The notes below the pieces were generated by a model. It saw nothing but the letters and a program-made list of their open reading frames with translations, was not told the DNA's origin and searched no databases. Positions 1 to 8,663 of a stretch of DNA of 64,000 bases are shown here, piece by piece (within the stretch, counting starts at the first letter, position 1; each line of letters starts with the position of its first letter). Both the position numbers and the translations under genes were made by a program. The stretch comes from Patescibacteria group bacterium (GTDB taxonomy: Bacteria > Patescibacteriota > Microgenomatia > CAYGWK01), in NCBI GenBank assembly GCA_049322615.1, contig JBMORX010000005.1, positions 395-64,394 on the forward strand, in the 5' to 3' direction.

Positions 1-60
1 GGCGTATTTGAGGCAAAGAGCCTTAAAGACTTGATGCATCAGCTTAAAAATGCTTCTTAA
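1..60 (+). CDS. 3' end of upstream ORF (partial); possible antitoxin partner of the following RelE-like toxin
   Basis: Open frame runs off the window start and stops at 58-60; overlaps start of the RelE-like ORF by 11 nt as in TA operons. Confidence 0.25.
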   Translation, partial: GVFEAKSLKDLMHQLKNAS

Positions 61-313
61 ATACACTAAGATTTTTTTGAAGAATTATACAAAGCGTATT
101 TCCCCAAACGCAAGTCTCGTCAAGCGATTTGAAGAAAGACTGCATCTTTTTATTAAGAATCCCACAGACCCCGTTCTTAAAAATCACAAACTTTTGGGAG
201 CAAAGCACAATCTTCGGTCTTTTTCGGTAACGGGCGATATTAGAGTTGTCTATCTACGCAAAGATAAAACTGTTTACCTTATTGATATAGGAACCCACGC
301 TCAGGTTTATTAA
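50..313 (+). CDS. RelE/ParE-superfamily type II toxin (mRNA interferase)
   Basis: 87 aa; C-terminal 'GDIRVVYLRKDKTVYLIDIGTHAQVY' matches RelE/ParE '..YRIIY..D....V.VL.IGHR..VY' pattern. Confidence 0.6.
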   Translation: MLLKYTKIFLKNYTKRISPNASLVKRFEERLHLFIKNPTDPVLKNHKLLGAKHNLRSFSVTGDIRVVYLRKDKTVYLIDIGTHAQVY

Positions 314-467
314 AGGTAGCCGGCGCGTTATATTTTATTTTGGGGCTGGCCAATAATACTTTTCAGATAACTAGTTAACTAGTGCACTAGTGTACTAGAA
401 ATGTTATACTATCTTCGATGAAAAGGAGTAAAATAGTTTTCTATTGGAGCCGAATAGGAGGCTGATA

Positions 468-580
468 TCACTGAGAGCACAGAAATTTCAGCGCCTTCAA
501 TTAAATTCAGTGCCTTCTGTGATTCGGGGGTGCATTCAGGAACAGAATCTCTTAGTCCAGAAGGCACAGAGAGGGGGTGA
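468..580 (+). promoter_or_regulatory. A-family leader element copy 1 (about 113 nt, ends in SD-like 'agagggggtga' 10 nt before ATG 594)
   Basis: About 85% identical to 35746-35860; both copies sit immediately 5' of membrane-protein ORFs and supply the Shine-Dalgarno sequence. Confidence 0.5.
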
Positions 581-593
581 CAAAAAATTTAAA

Positions 594-1202
594 ATGAAAA
601 ACGTGGTTTTAATTTTGGCAAGTTTGGTTTTTGCTTTTGGGATTTTATCTGCCTCGGTTTGGAAGACCCAGGCTCAAACCTCAAGCAAAAATTTTAATGT
701 TCAACTGCTTCCTGAAGCTTTAGGGGCAAAATTGACTCCGACCCCAACGCCTGCGCCCACGGTTGATTATTATCTTCCATACCCTGGGATTTTGCCTGAC
801 CACCTGCTTTATCCAATAAAAATGATCAGGGACCGGGTTTTGTTGTTTTTGACTTTTGACCCAGTTAAAAAAGCCGAACGTTTACTTTTATATGCTGACA
901 AAAGAATCGGCGCCGCCAAGGCTCTAATCGAAGGAGGGAAGGTGGAACTGGGAATTTCGACCATGACCAAGGGAGAAAAATATTTAGAGCAGGCAATTGC
1001 CCAGGCAGAGAAAGCCCAAAAGGCAGGTAAAGACACCAGCGCTTTATACGAAAAACTTGCCAAAGCAACCTTAAAACATCAAGAGGTTTTGACTGGAGTT
1101 TTAGTTAAAGTTCCAGATGAGGCAAAAGGAGCAATTCAGGACGCTCTTCGCTATTCTCGCCAGGGGTATGAAACGGTAAGTAGGGTGATTGAAGAAAAGT
1201 AA
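594..1202 (+). CDS. hypothetical exported/membrane-anchored protein (N-terminal hydrophobic segment)
   Basis: ORF-track ORF 444-1202 starts at a TTG and reads through the leader repeat; ATG 594 has a strong SD (agagggggtga) and begins MKNVVLILASLVFAFGIL. Confidence 0.5.
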   Translation: MKNVVLILASLVFAFGILSASVWKTQAQTSSKNFNVQLLPEALGAKLTPTPTPAPTVDYYLPYPGILPDHLLYPIKMIRDRVLLFLTFDPVKKAERLLLYADKRIGAAKALIEGGKVELGISTMTKGEKYLEQAIAQAEKAQKAGKDTSALYEKLAKATLKHQEVLTGVLVKVPDEAKGAIQDALRYSRQGYETVSRVIEEK

Positions 1203-1207
1203 GAGGC

Positions 1208-1400
1208 TTTGCGGCTCGGGTAGGAATTTGTTAATTAGATGGTTCGGAGACGAACATTTTGCTTGAGTTTAGAGATGACGTCCGCCTTTGGCGGACACGG
1301 CCTGCTTAGAGAAGATTCCGAAAGTCTGGTGGCACTGTTTTCGGTTGGCGCAGGCCTGTCACATTAAACTCGGCGCAAAAGTTGTCTCCTCACCATCTGG
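1208..1400. repeat. F-family element copy 1 (about 190 nt, terminal inverted repeats, internal compensatory hairpin gtccgcctttggcggac)
   Basis: Shares conserved blocks (gctcggg..gaattt..ttgcttg..tttagagatg ... ggcgcaaaa(a/g)ttgt..cctc(g/a)cc) with 2017-2172 and 53415-53620. Confidence 0.5.
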
Positions 1401-1496
1401 TTTGGCACAAAAATTACTCAAAATCTTCTTCTGGTTTTTCTTTAAAAATAGCCAAAATTTTCTTATTTTGATATACTTTGATAGGTTATTTGCTAG

Positions 1497-1526
1497 TTGA
1501 CAAACTGGATGTAGTGGTTATATATT
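1497..1526 (+). promoter_or_regulatory. candidate sigma70-type promoter (TTGACA-18-TATATT) upstream of nrdR
   Basis: Hexamers seen at 1497-1502 and 1521-1526. Confidence 0.25.
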
Positions 1527-1532
1527 AATAAT

Positions 1533-1548
1533 TGCGCTATAAATAGCG
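1533..1548. promoter_or_regulatory. perfect palindrome gcgctataaatagcgc between promoter candidate and nrdR start; NrdR-box-like
   Basis: 7-bp arms; central ctATAaATag resembles the AT-rich palindromic NrdR-box core; followed by a T-run, so could alternatively be a small hairpin. Confidence 0.3.
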
Positions 1549-1562
1549 CTTTTATTTTCACC

Positions 1563-2006
1563 ATGCGGTGTCCATTTTGCGGTCACGACAATACTTGCGT
1601 TTTAGAATCCCGAATTTCTGAAGACGGAAATTCTTTTAGGCGAAGACGTGAATGTTCTAAATGTAAAAAGCGTTTTACGACTTATGAGCGGGTTGAAAGA
1701 ACTTTATTAGTTATCAAAAAAGATGGCAGACGAGAACCGTTTGATCGGGAGAAAATTAAAAAGGGGATACTTTTAGCCTGTCATAAAAGACCAGTCTCGC
1801 TAGAGGCGATTGATAATATCGTTGATGAAGCTGAGCAGGAGTTGTTACGAAAGGATTCGGCCGAGATTCCCTCAAAAATTATTGGAAATGCGGTTTTAAA
1901 AAGACTTAAAAAAGCTGATAAAGTCGCCTGGTTGAGGTTTGCCAGCGTTTATTTAGAATTTTCTGATTTATCAGATTTTGAAAAAGCGATTGAAAAGATA
2001 GGATAA
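1563..2006 (+). CDS. nrdR: transcriptional repressor NrdR
   Basis: N-terminal zinc ribbon MRCPFCGHDNTCVLESR...CSKCKKRFTTYERVE plus ATP-cone; adjacent to nrdDG. Confidence 0.9.
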   Translation: MRCPFCGHDNTCVLESRISEDGNSFRRRRECSKCKKRFTTYERVERTLLVIKKDGRREPFDREKIKKGILLACHKRPVSLEAIDNIVDEAEQELLRKDSAEIPSKIIGNAVLKRLKKADKVAWLRFASVYLEFSDLSDFEKAIEKIG

Positions 2007-2016
2007 AATTTTGGCT

Positions 2017-2172
2017 CGGGAACGAATTTATTGCTTGGATTTAGAGATGGCTCCCGCCAATTCGGCGGGACCAGCTCGCGACTGGGTAATTTGAAACTCA
2101 AGTTGTGTTCCGAAGGGGTCGCGGCTTGCCACATAAATCCGGCGCAAAAATTGTTCCCTCGCCACATTTACC
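2017..2172. repeat. F-family element copy 2 (hairpin tcccgccaattcggcggga)
   Basis: See 1208-1400; terminal inverted repeats gctcgggaacgaatttattgc / gcgcaaaaattgttccctcgcc. Confidence 0.5.
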
Positions 2173-2176
2173 TTAG

Positions 2177-4300
2177 ATGGAAAAGATGCAAAAATTAACT
2201 ATCAAAAAAATAAAGAAAAGGGATGGTAGAATCGTTCCTTTTGATCAAAGAAAAATTACTAATGCCATTTGGAAAGCGGCCGAATCAGTTGGGGGAAAAG
2301 ATAAAAAGAGAGCCAAATTTCTTTCTGATGAGGTAGTCAAAATTTTAGAAAAACGCTTCAATGGTCACACCCTTGCTACGGTTGAGCAAATTCAAGATAT
2401 TGTCGAGACTGTTTTAATGCGATCTGGACATTACACCACCGCCAAGGCTTATATTCTTTATCGCGACCTTCACAATAAAATCCGCGATGTTAAATCTTTA
2501 ATCGATTCAGATGAGTTAATGGGTAATTACTTAAATGGGACTGACTGGCGTATCCGCGAAAATAGCAACATGGCTTATTCTCTCCAGGGGTTAAATAATC
2601 ATGTGGCTTCAGCCATTTCTTCTCATTATTGGCTTAATAAACTTTATCCAAAAGAAGTGCGCGAGGCTCACCAAAGTGGCGATTTTCACCTCCACGACCT
2701 TCAACTTTTGGCTCCTTATTGCGTTGGTTGGGATTTTCAGGACCTTTTGCTTAAAGGTTTTACCGGCGTTTCGGGAAAAGTCTCCTCAAAGCCCGCCAAG
2801 CATTTCCGAACTGCCTTGGGGCAACTGGCTAATTTTCTTTATACGGTGCAAGGCGAATCAGCCGGCGCCAACGCTGTCTCAAACTTTGATACCCTGCTTG
2901 CCCCTTTTGTTTGGCAAGATAAACTTTCTTATAAAGAGGTTAAGCAAGTAATGCAGGAGTTTGTTTTTAATATGAATGTTCCCACTCGGGTTGGGTTTCA
3001 GGCACCCTTCACCAATCTTACCCTAGACCTGACTGTCCCAACGACTTTTGCCAATGAGGCAGCGATAGTTGGTGGCAAACCGCTTAACAGGAAACAATAT
3101 AAGGATTTTCAAAAAGAAATGGATTTGATAAATCAGGCATTTGCCGAAGTGATGCTTGAGGGAGATGCCCAGGGAAGAGTTTTTACCTGGCCAATTCCTA
3201 CTTATAATATCACTCGTGATTTCCAGTGGGGTAATGGTCTCCTAAAACCAATTTGGGAAATGACCGCCAAGTACGGAATTCCCTATTTTTCAAATTTTAT
3301 TAATTCTGATATGAAACCAGAAGATGCACGCTCAATGTGCTGCCGTCTTCGTTTAGATAAACGAGAGTTGAGAAAGCGAGGGGGGAGTTTTTTTGGCTCA
3401 AATCCCTTAACCGGTTCAATTGGGGTGGTAACCATTGATATGGGGCGAATTGGATTTTTGGCAAAAGATGAAAGAGATTATTTTAAAAGACTCAAAGCCC
3501 TGATGGACATTGCCCGAGATTCTTTGTTGACAAAGCGACAGGCTTTGGAACGATTGACAGAACAGAGGCTTTATCCTTATTCTAAATTTTATCTTTCAGG
3601 AATCAAAAAGCGCTTTGGCGGATACTGGCGCAATCATTTCAACACTATTGGTTTAAATGGAATGAATGAAAGTCTTTTGAATTTTTTGGGCGTTGACATT
3701 GGAACTCCAAAAGGAAGAAGGTTTGCTTTAAAGGTTTTGGATTTTATGAGGCTGAAATTAGGCGAATATCAAGAAGAGTCAAATGAACTTTTTAATCTTG
3801 AGGCAACTCCGGCTGAAGGGACAACCTACCGTTTTGCCAAACTTGACAAAAAACTCTATCCGGAGATTATCGTTGCCAATGAAAAAAATTACCAAGAAAA
3901 AGGGGCCGAGCCCTACTATACTAACTCTACCCATCTGCCGGTTGGCTACACTGACGACATTTTTGAGGCTTTAGAACTTCAGGATGAACTTCAGACAAAA
4001 TATACTGGGGGGACGGTTCTTCATGGTTTTCTTGGGGAGGCGGTCAAGGATGGTGAAGCGACTAAATTTTTGGTTAAAAAAATTGCCGAAAATTACCGTC
4101 TTCCTTACTATACCCTGACTCCGACTTTCAGTATCTGCTCAAGCCACGGATATCTTGAAGGCGAACATGAGGTTTGTCCCGAATGTGGAGAAACAACAGA
4201 AATTTTCTCCCGGGTTGTTGGTTATCTTAGGCCGGTTCAACAATGGAATGACGGCAAACAAGCCGAGTTTTCCGATAGGAAAGAATATCTGGTTGCATGA
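2177..4300 (+). CDS. nrdD: anaerobic ribonucleoside-triphosphate reductase (class III RNR)
   Basis: 707 aa; N-terminal ATP-cone; C-terminal CPECGE zinc site and glycyl-radical motif RVVGYLRPV. Confidence 0.9.
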   Translation: MEKMQKLTIKKIKKRDGRIVPFDQRKITNAIWKAAESVGGKDKKRAKFLSDEVVKILEKRFNGHTLATVEQIQDIVETVLMRSGHYTTAKAYILYRDLHNKIRDVKSLIDSDELMGNYLNGTDWRIRENSNMAYSLQGLNNHVASAISSHYWLNKLYPKEVREAHQSGDFHLHDLQLLAPYCVGWDFQDLLLKGFTGVSGKVSSKPAKHFRTALGQLANFLYTVQGESAGANAVSNFDTLLAPFVWQDKLSYKEVKQVMQEFVFNMNVPTRVGFQAPFTNLTLDLTVPTTFANEAAIVGGKPLNRKQYKDFQKEMDLINQAFAEVMLEGDAQGRVFTWPIPTYNITRDFQWGNGLLKPIWEMTAKYGIPYFSNFINSDMKPEDARSMCCRLRLDKRELRKRGGSFFGSNPLTGSIGVVTIDMGRIGFLAKDERDYFKRLKALMDIARDSLLTKRQALERLTEQRLYPYSKFYLSGIKKRFGGYWRNHFNTIGLNGMNESLLNFLGVDIGTPKGRRFALKVLDFMRLKLGEYQEESNELFNLEATPAEGTTYRFAKLDKKLYPEIIVANEKNYQEKGAEPYYTNSTHLPVGYTDDIFEALELQDELQTKYTGGTVLHGFLGEAVKDGEATKFLVKKIAENYRLPYYTLTPTFSICSSHGYLEGEHEVCPECGETTEIFSRVVGYLRPVQQWNDGKQAEFSDRKEYLVA

Positions 4301-5010
4301 AAATTGGCGGATTTCAAAAAGTTTCCCTTCTTGATTTTCCTGCTCACCTTTCTGCCATTGTTTTTGTCAAAGGCTGTAATTTCCGTTGCCCCTTTTGTTT
4401 TAATCGAGATTTGGTTTTAGGGAATTTGCCGACAATCTTCGAAGGCAAGATTTTTAGTTTTCTTAAAAAAAGAAAAAAGGTTTTGGATGGGGTGGTTATC
4501 ACTGGCGGAGAACCAACTCTTCAGCCGGATTTGGAAAAATTTATTAAAAAAGTTAAAAAAATTGGATACGAAGTTAAACTTGATACCAATGGTGCTCTTC
4601 CAGAAATTTTGAAAAACTTGATAAAAAAGAAAATAATTGATTATCTGGCTTTGGATTTTAAGGCGCCGCTTAACTTTTCTTATTCCCAAATTACAAATTA
4701 CAAATTACAAATTACAAATATCAAGAAATCCATTAAACTGATTTTGCAGTCTGGAATCCCTTTTGAGTTGCGGACAACCGTCGTGCCGGGGATTCATAAC
4801 AAAAAAACCCTGGTTTTGATGGCAAAACAACTTCGCCAAATTACAAATTACAAATTACAAATTACAAATTTGAAGTGGTTTTTGCAGGAATTTCAGCCAA
4901 AAACCTGCCTTGACCCTGAATTTGAAAAGATAAGGCCATACAGTAAAATAGAGATGGAAAAATTTTTAAAAGCAGTTAAAAAAATCATTCCGGCCGTTGA
5001 ACTTCGCTAG
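4297..5010 (+). CDS. nrdG: anaerobic RNR activating protein (radical SAM)
   Basis: CNFRCPFCFN (CxxxCxxC) motif; start overlaps nrdD stop (ATGA); two in-frame T-family repeat insertions. Confidence 0.85.
   Translation: MKIGGFQKVSLLDFPAHLSAIVFVKGCNFRCPFCFNRDLVLGNLPTIFEGKIFSFLKKRKKVLDGVVITGGEPTLQPDLEKFIKKVKKIGYEVKLDTNGALPEILKNLIKKKIIDYLALDFKAPLNFSYSQITNYKLQITNIKKSIKLILQSGIPFELRTTVVPGIHNKKTLVLMAKQLRQITNYKLQITNLKWFLQEFQPKTCLDPEFEKIRPYSKIEMEKFLKAVKKIIPAVELR
4688..4720. repeat. T-family repeat (aaattacaaattacaaattacaaat) inserted in frame in nrdG (encodes QITNYKLQITN)
   Basis: Second near-identical copy at 4848-4871 in the same frame. Confidence 0.6.
4848..4871. repeat. T-family repeat, second in-frame copy in nrdG
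   Basis: ccaaattacaaattacaaattacaaat, identical to copy at 4688. Confidence 0.6.
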
Positions 5011-5055
5011 AAAGCTCCTGTAAAAAGTCCGTCAGGTTTGATATAATTACCTTAT

Positions 5056-5379
5056 ATGCCGGAACTGCCCGAAAGAGAAAAAGAGAGAGGTTTTGTCGTT
5101 GAAGCGGGGAGAATTTATGAAACTCCTGCAGAAAAAGAAGGGTTATTAAAAAGAGTCGAAGAGCCAGAACTTGAAAAACCAGTTACTTACAAACGCCAGG
5201 TTTTAGTGACTTCGGCCCAGGCGCAAAAGCCAAGAATTATTCTGCCTTTAACCCAGCAAACTTATTTAAATCCCGCCAACTGGCATAAACCAATTGTCTA
5301 TGCCATTCGTTGGCTTTTAGCCTGGGCGCAGAGAATTATTAAAATGCGACCAGGGAAAGTAATGTTTGAGAAATCCTAA
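5056..5379 (+). CDS. hypothetical protein
   Basis: 107-aa ORF; no recognisable motif. Confidence 0.3.
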   Translation: MPELPEREKERGFVVEAGRIYETPAEKEGLLKRVEEPELEKPVTYKRQVLVTSAQAQKPRIILPLTQQTYLNPANWHKPIVYAIRWLLAWAQRIIKMRPGKVMFEKS

Positions 5380-5476
5380 ATTCTAAATTCGAAATTACAA
5401 ATTCAAAACGGTTTGGAATTTAAAAAATTGGAATTTAAATATTGTTTAGGATTTAGAATTTGGTGCTTAGAATTTT

Positions 5477-7822
5477 TTGAAAAATTTGGAATTTATGAAT
5501 ATTGATCTTTTTTCTCTCATTTGGACATTTTCTGCTTTTTTGCTAGCAACACTGATTTTAGTCTCTGTTTTTCTTCTTTTGGCTTATGCTCTTTTAACCT
5601 GGTGGCGATATAAAGACAGAGAGAAGAGGTCTTTGGAATATGTTTTGCTTCAGGTGGCGGTTCCCCATGATAATGAAATAAAAATAGATGCGGCTGAACA
5701 GATGTTTTCCTCTTTGTATTCAATTAAAAAGGGAGGCTTTCTTTCTTTTTTACGACCGCAGGAACATCTCACTTTGGAGATTGTCGCTTTGCCTGAAGAT
5801 ATTCGTTTTTATGTTTCCGTTCCTAAGAAACTTGAGGATTTACTCGAAAAACAAATCCACGGGGCTTATCCTGACGCGGAAATAAAAGAGGTTCCTGAAT
5901 ATAATATTTTTTCCGAGGAGGGAAGGGTCGCCTATGCTTCTTTAGGATTTCGTAGTCATCCATTTTATCCAATTAAAATCTACAAGGACCTGCCAACTGA
6001 CCCTCTTTCCTCAATCACCTCGGCTTTGGTTAAGATGCAAAAAGGAGAGGGAGCGGCAATTCAGATTTTAATTTCTCCTGCTTCGGGAAAATGGCGTTCT
6101 TCTGGCAAAAAGTTTGTTTCTAAAGTTAAAAGCCAAGAGGCTGACCCAGAGAAAGCCAAATTTGCCGTTGATGCCAAAACTTTAGAAGCAATTGAGAACA
6201 AGTGTTCAAAACCAGGATTTGAAACCCAAATTCGCCTGGTTGTTTGTTCAACCTCTGAAGAGCAAGCAAAAGCCCACCTTTCAAATTTAAAATCTGCTTT
6301 CGAGCAGTTTTCTTCTGATTTAAATGGGTTTAAATCAAAAAGAATTTTTATCAAAAGCGCTTTTATGACTGATTTTATTTATCGCTACCAACCAATGGTC
6401 CGTTTTGGTTTGCAAACAATTTTAAACTCCGAAGAATTAGCGACCATTTTTCATTTTCCCAACAAGCAAGTTGAAACTCCTCACATTTTCTGGATTTATG
6501 CCAAACGGGCGCCGGCACCTGAAAAAGTGCCAACCTCCGGGCTTTATCTTGGAAAATCAGTTTATCGGGGAATGGCAAGACCGGTTTATATCACTGATAA
6601 AGATAGGAGACAACACATTTATATTATTGGCAAAACCGGAACGGGCAAGTCCTATCTTTTAAAAGACATGATTTTGCAGGATATCCGCGCTGGCAAAGGG
6701 GTTTGTTTTATTGATCCTCATGACACCATTGATTTAATTTTGCCTTTAATTCCTCCGGAGCGAGCCGAAGATGTTGTCTATTTTGACCCCTGCGATTATG
6801 ACCGACCAATGGGCTTAAATATGCTTGAGGCTTACACTGAAGAACAACAACATTTTATTGCCACCTCAATCATTGGTTTAATGTACAAACTTTATGATCC
6901 CTATAAAACCGGCATTATTGGTCCGCGATTTGAGCATGCCATAAGAAACGCCATGTTAACAGTCATGTCAGAGCCCGGCAATACTTTTGTTGAGGTTGTC
7001 AGATGCCTAACTGATTCTTCTTTTGTTCAAGAACTTTTGCCCAAAGTCAAAGACCCAATTGTCCGGAGGTATTGGACAGACCAGATTGCCCAAACCGCCG
7101 ATTTTCATAAATCCGAAGTTCTAGATTATATTGTCTCTAAGTTTGGTCGTTTTGTCACCAACAAAATGATGAGAAATATTATCGGTCAGTCAAAGAGCGC
7201 TTTTAATTTCCGAGAAATTATGGATCAGGGAAAAATTTTGTTTATCAATTTAGCCAAAGGGAAAATCGGGGAGGAGAACTCAAATTTCCTAGGGCTGGTT
7301 TTAGTCCCAAAAATTTTGGTGGCAGCCATGAGTCGTCAGGACCAACCGATAGAACAAAGGCGAGATTTTTATCTTTATGTTGATGAGTTTCAAAATTTTG
7401 CCACCCCTGATTTTGCTACTATGTTATCTGAGGCGCGAAAATTTAGACTAAATATTGCCGTTGCTAACCAATTTATTGGTCAGGTTGAAGAAGAAGTTAA
7501 AAACGCCATCTTTGGCAATATTGGCAGCTTAATTGCCTTCCGAGTTGGGGTTCAAGATGCTTCTTACCTCCAGCATGAATTTCAACCAACCTTTTCTGAA
7601 TCAGACCTGATTAATATTGACCGCTTTAATGTTTATATGAAGACAATTGTTGACAATGAGCCAGTCCCCCCATTTTCCGCTGATTTAACCAAAGATTTGT
7701 CAGAAGAGAATAAACTCAAAAATCCTAAGGTGGCGGAAATTATTAAGGAAATATCCAGGCTTAAGTTTGGACGGGATAAAGAAGAGGTGGAGGAGGAGAT
7801 AGAGAGAAGGGCGCGGCTGTAG
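5477..7822 (+). CDS. membrane-anchored P-loop NTPase, type IV coupling protein-like (VirD4/TraD/TraG-like)
   Basis: N-terminal TM segments; Walker A IIGKTGTGKSYLL; Walker B/recognition block YLYVDEFQNF...ARKFRLNIAVANQ typical of T4CP/FtsK-HerA class. Confidence 0.4.
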   Translation: MKNLEFMNIDLFSLIWTFSAFLLATLILVSVFLLLAYALLTWWRYKDREKRSLEYVLLQVAVPHDNEIKIDAAEQMFSSLYSIKKGGFLSFLRPQEHLTLEIVALPEDIRFYVSVPKKLEDLLEKQIHGAYPDAEIKEVPEYNIFSEEGRVAYASLGFRSHPFYPIKIYKDLPTDPLSSITSALVKMQKGEGAAIQILISPASGKWRSSGKKFVSKVKSQEADPEKAKFAVDAKTLEAIENKCSKPGFETQIRLVVCSTSEEQAKAHLSNLKSAFEQFSSDLNGFKSKRIFIKSAFMTDFIYRYQPMVRFGLQTILNSEELATIFHFPNKQVETPHIFWIYAKRAPAPEKVPTSGLYLGKSVYRGMARPVYITDKDRRQHIYIIGKTGTGKSYLLKDMILQDIRAGKGVCFIDPHDTIDLILPLIPPERAEDVVYFDPCDYDRPMGLNMLEAYTEEQQHFIATSIIGLMYKLYDPYKTGIIGPRFEHAIRNAMLTVMSEPGNTFVEVVRCLTDSSFVQELLPKVKDPIVRRYWTDQIAQTADFHKSEVLDYIVSKFGRFVTNKMMRNIIGQSKSAFNFREIMDQGKILFINLAKGKIGEENSNFLGLVLVPKILVAAMSRQDQPIEQRRDFYLYVDEFQNFATPDFATMLSEARKFRLNIAVANQFIGQVEEEVKNAIFGNIGSLIAFRVGVQDASYLQHEFQPTFSESDLINIDRFNVYMKTIVDNEPVPPFSADLTKDLSEENKLKNPKVAEIIKEISRLKFGRDKEEVEEEIERRARL

Positions 7823-7825
7823 CGA

Positions 7826-7915
7826 AGATATTAAGATACTAGGAGACTAAGATATTAAGAGAAAAAAGGAAAATTATTGCACTTAGTATCCTAATATCTT
7901 AATCTTTTAATATCT
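7826..7915. repeat. G-family (gatattaag) palindromic element
   Basis: gatattaagatactaggagactaagatattaagag ... cttagtatcctaatatcttaatcttttaatatctt; related copies at 8326, 17531, 47363, 49836. Confidence 0.55.
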
Positions 7916-7925
7916 TTTTAAAAAG

Positions 7926-8297
7926 ATGAAAATCAATCGATTTATCGATCTTGAGGCATGGAAAGAAGCCCACAAATTGGTTCTTTTAGTCTATGAGGTT
8001 ACTGCTAAGTTCCCGAAGTCAGAACTTTACGGCTTGGTTTCTCAACTCCGTAGAGCGGCAGTTTCTATAGAATCATGTATCGCTGAAGGATTTTGTCGTT
8101 ATCACTATAAAGATCGTTTAAATTTCTATTACGATGCCAGAGGTTCGGTAGGAGAAATTCAGAGTGAGATTATTGATGCTAGGGATCTAAAGTTTATCAA
8201 CGAGGAAGATTTCAAGAAGGTTTTTGATCAAGCAGAAAAAGTGGGAGTAATTTTAGGTGGACTTATTCGAACTACTCAACGCTTGTCTTCTGGCTAA
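7926..8297 (+). CDS. four-helix-bundle protein (23S rRNA intervening-sequence protein family)
   Basis: LEAWKEAHKLVLLVYEVTAKFPK..LVSQLRRAAVSIESCIAEG..; flanked on both sides by G-family repeats. Confidence 0.8.
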   Translation: MKINRFIDLEAWKEAHKLVLLVYEVTAKFPKSELYGLVSQLRRAAVSIESCIAEGFCRYHYKDRLNFYYDARGSVGEIQSEIIDARDLKFINEEDFKKVFDQAEKVGVILGGLIRTTQRLSSG

Positions 8298-8325
8298 ATT
8301 TTTGTTATTATTCTTCCTGGAATCG

Positions 8326-8355
8326 CTTAATATCCTAATATCTTAGTCTCTTAAT
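8326..8355. repeat. G-family repeat half-copy abutting tRNA 5' end
   Basis: cttaatatcctaatatcttagtctcttaatatctt. Confidence 0.45.
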
Positions 8356-8545
8356 ATCTTTTTGGGCACGTAGCTCAATGGCAGAGCACTACTCTTATAG
8401 CAGTAAAATGGGTCGGTAACTCAGCGGTCAGAGTGCCACTCTTATAAAGTGGAAGTCGATGGTTCGAATCCATCCCGACCCACCATTTTACTGATATATC
8501 GCGCCTTGCGCGCTATAAAGCAGGGGTTCTTGGTTCGAATCCAAG
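8356..8545 (+). tRNA. interrupted tRNA-like gene: intact acceptor/D arm (8356-8380) and T arm/acceptor (8521-8545) separated by about 118 nt that contains a complete tRNA
   Basis: GGGCACG...CGTGCCC 7-bp acceptor pairing; D arm GCTC-AATGGCA-GAGC; T arm CTTGG-TTCGAAT-CCAAG; anticodon-arm candidates CTACT/CTTATA..AGCAG with one mismatch; 11-bp inverted repeat CAGTAAAATGG/CCATTTTACTG brackets the inner tRNA. Confidence 0.4.
8402..8477 (+). tRNA. tRNA-Ile (anticodon UAU), CCA encoded
   Basis: Cloverleaf: GGGTCGG/CCGACCC acceptor, ACTC/GAGT D stem, CCACT-CTTATAA-AGTGG anticodon arm (TAT at 34-36), GATGG-TTCGAAT-CCATC T arm, A73, CCA. Confidence 0.8.
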
Positions 8546-8571
8546 CGTGCCCACCTAAAGTTCCTCGAGCT

Positions 8572-8621
8572 TAACCTTCTCTTCTCCGGTTTTTTCTTTG
8601 ACGAAGGCAAGATATTTCTCG
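8572..8621. repeat. 50-bp direct repeat copy 1 (duplicate of the integrase gene 3' end)
   Basis: tcttctccggttttttctttgacgaaggcaagatatttctcggtggttga, identical to 9923-9972. Confidence 0.7.
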
Positions 8622-8663
8622 GTGGTTGAAACGGATTTTAATTTCTGCTAAAATGGCATTATT

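Noticed and set aside
444-593. N-terminal 50 codons of ORF-track ORF 444-1202
   Set aside because: Starts at TTG and reads through the A-family leader repeat. ATG 594 has a strong SD and begins a signal-like hydrophobic segment, so the extension is most likely untranslated leader.
1288-1500. ORF 1288-1500 (70 aa)
   Set aside because: TTG-initiated frame lying wholly inside the F-family repeat. The equivalent frames in the other two F copies encode unrelated peptides.
2601-2951. Many internal or antisense ORFs of 60-170 aa listed in the track inside nrdD, ftsH, the Ca-ATPase, copA, the GT2 gene and others
   Set aside because: Embedded in or antisense to long ORFs with clear homology-type motifs and have low-complexity composition. 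Treated as spurious.
8356-8548. Outer tRNA-like gene interpreted as a long-variable-arm tRNA (Leu/Ser/Tyr type)
   Set aside because: The intervening 118 nt far exceed any variable arm and contain a complete independent cloverleaf.
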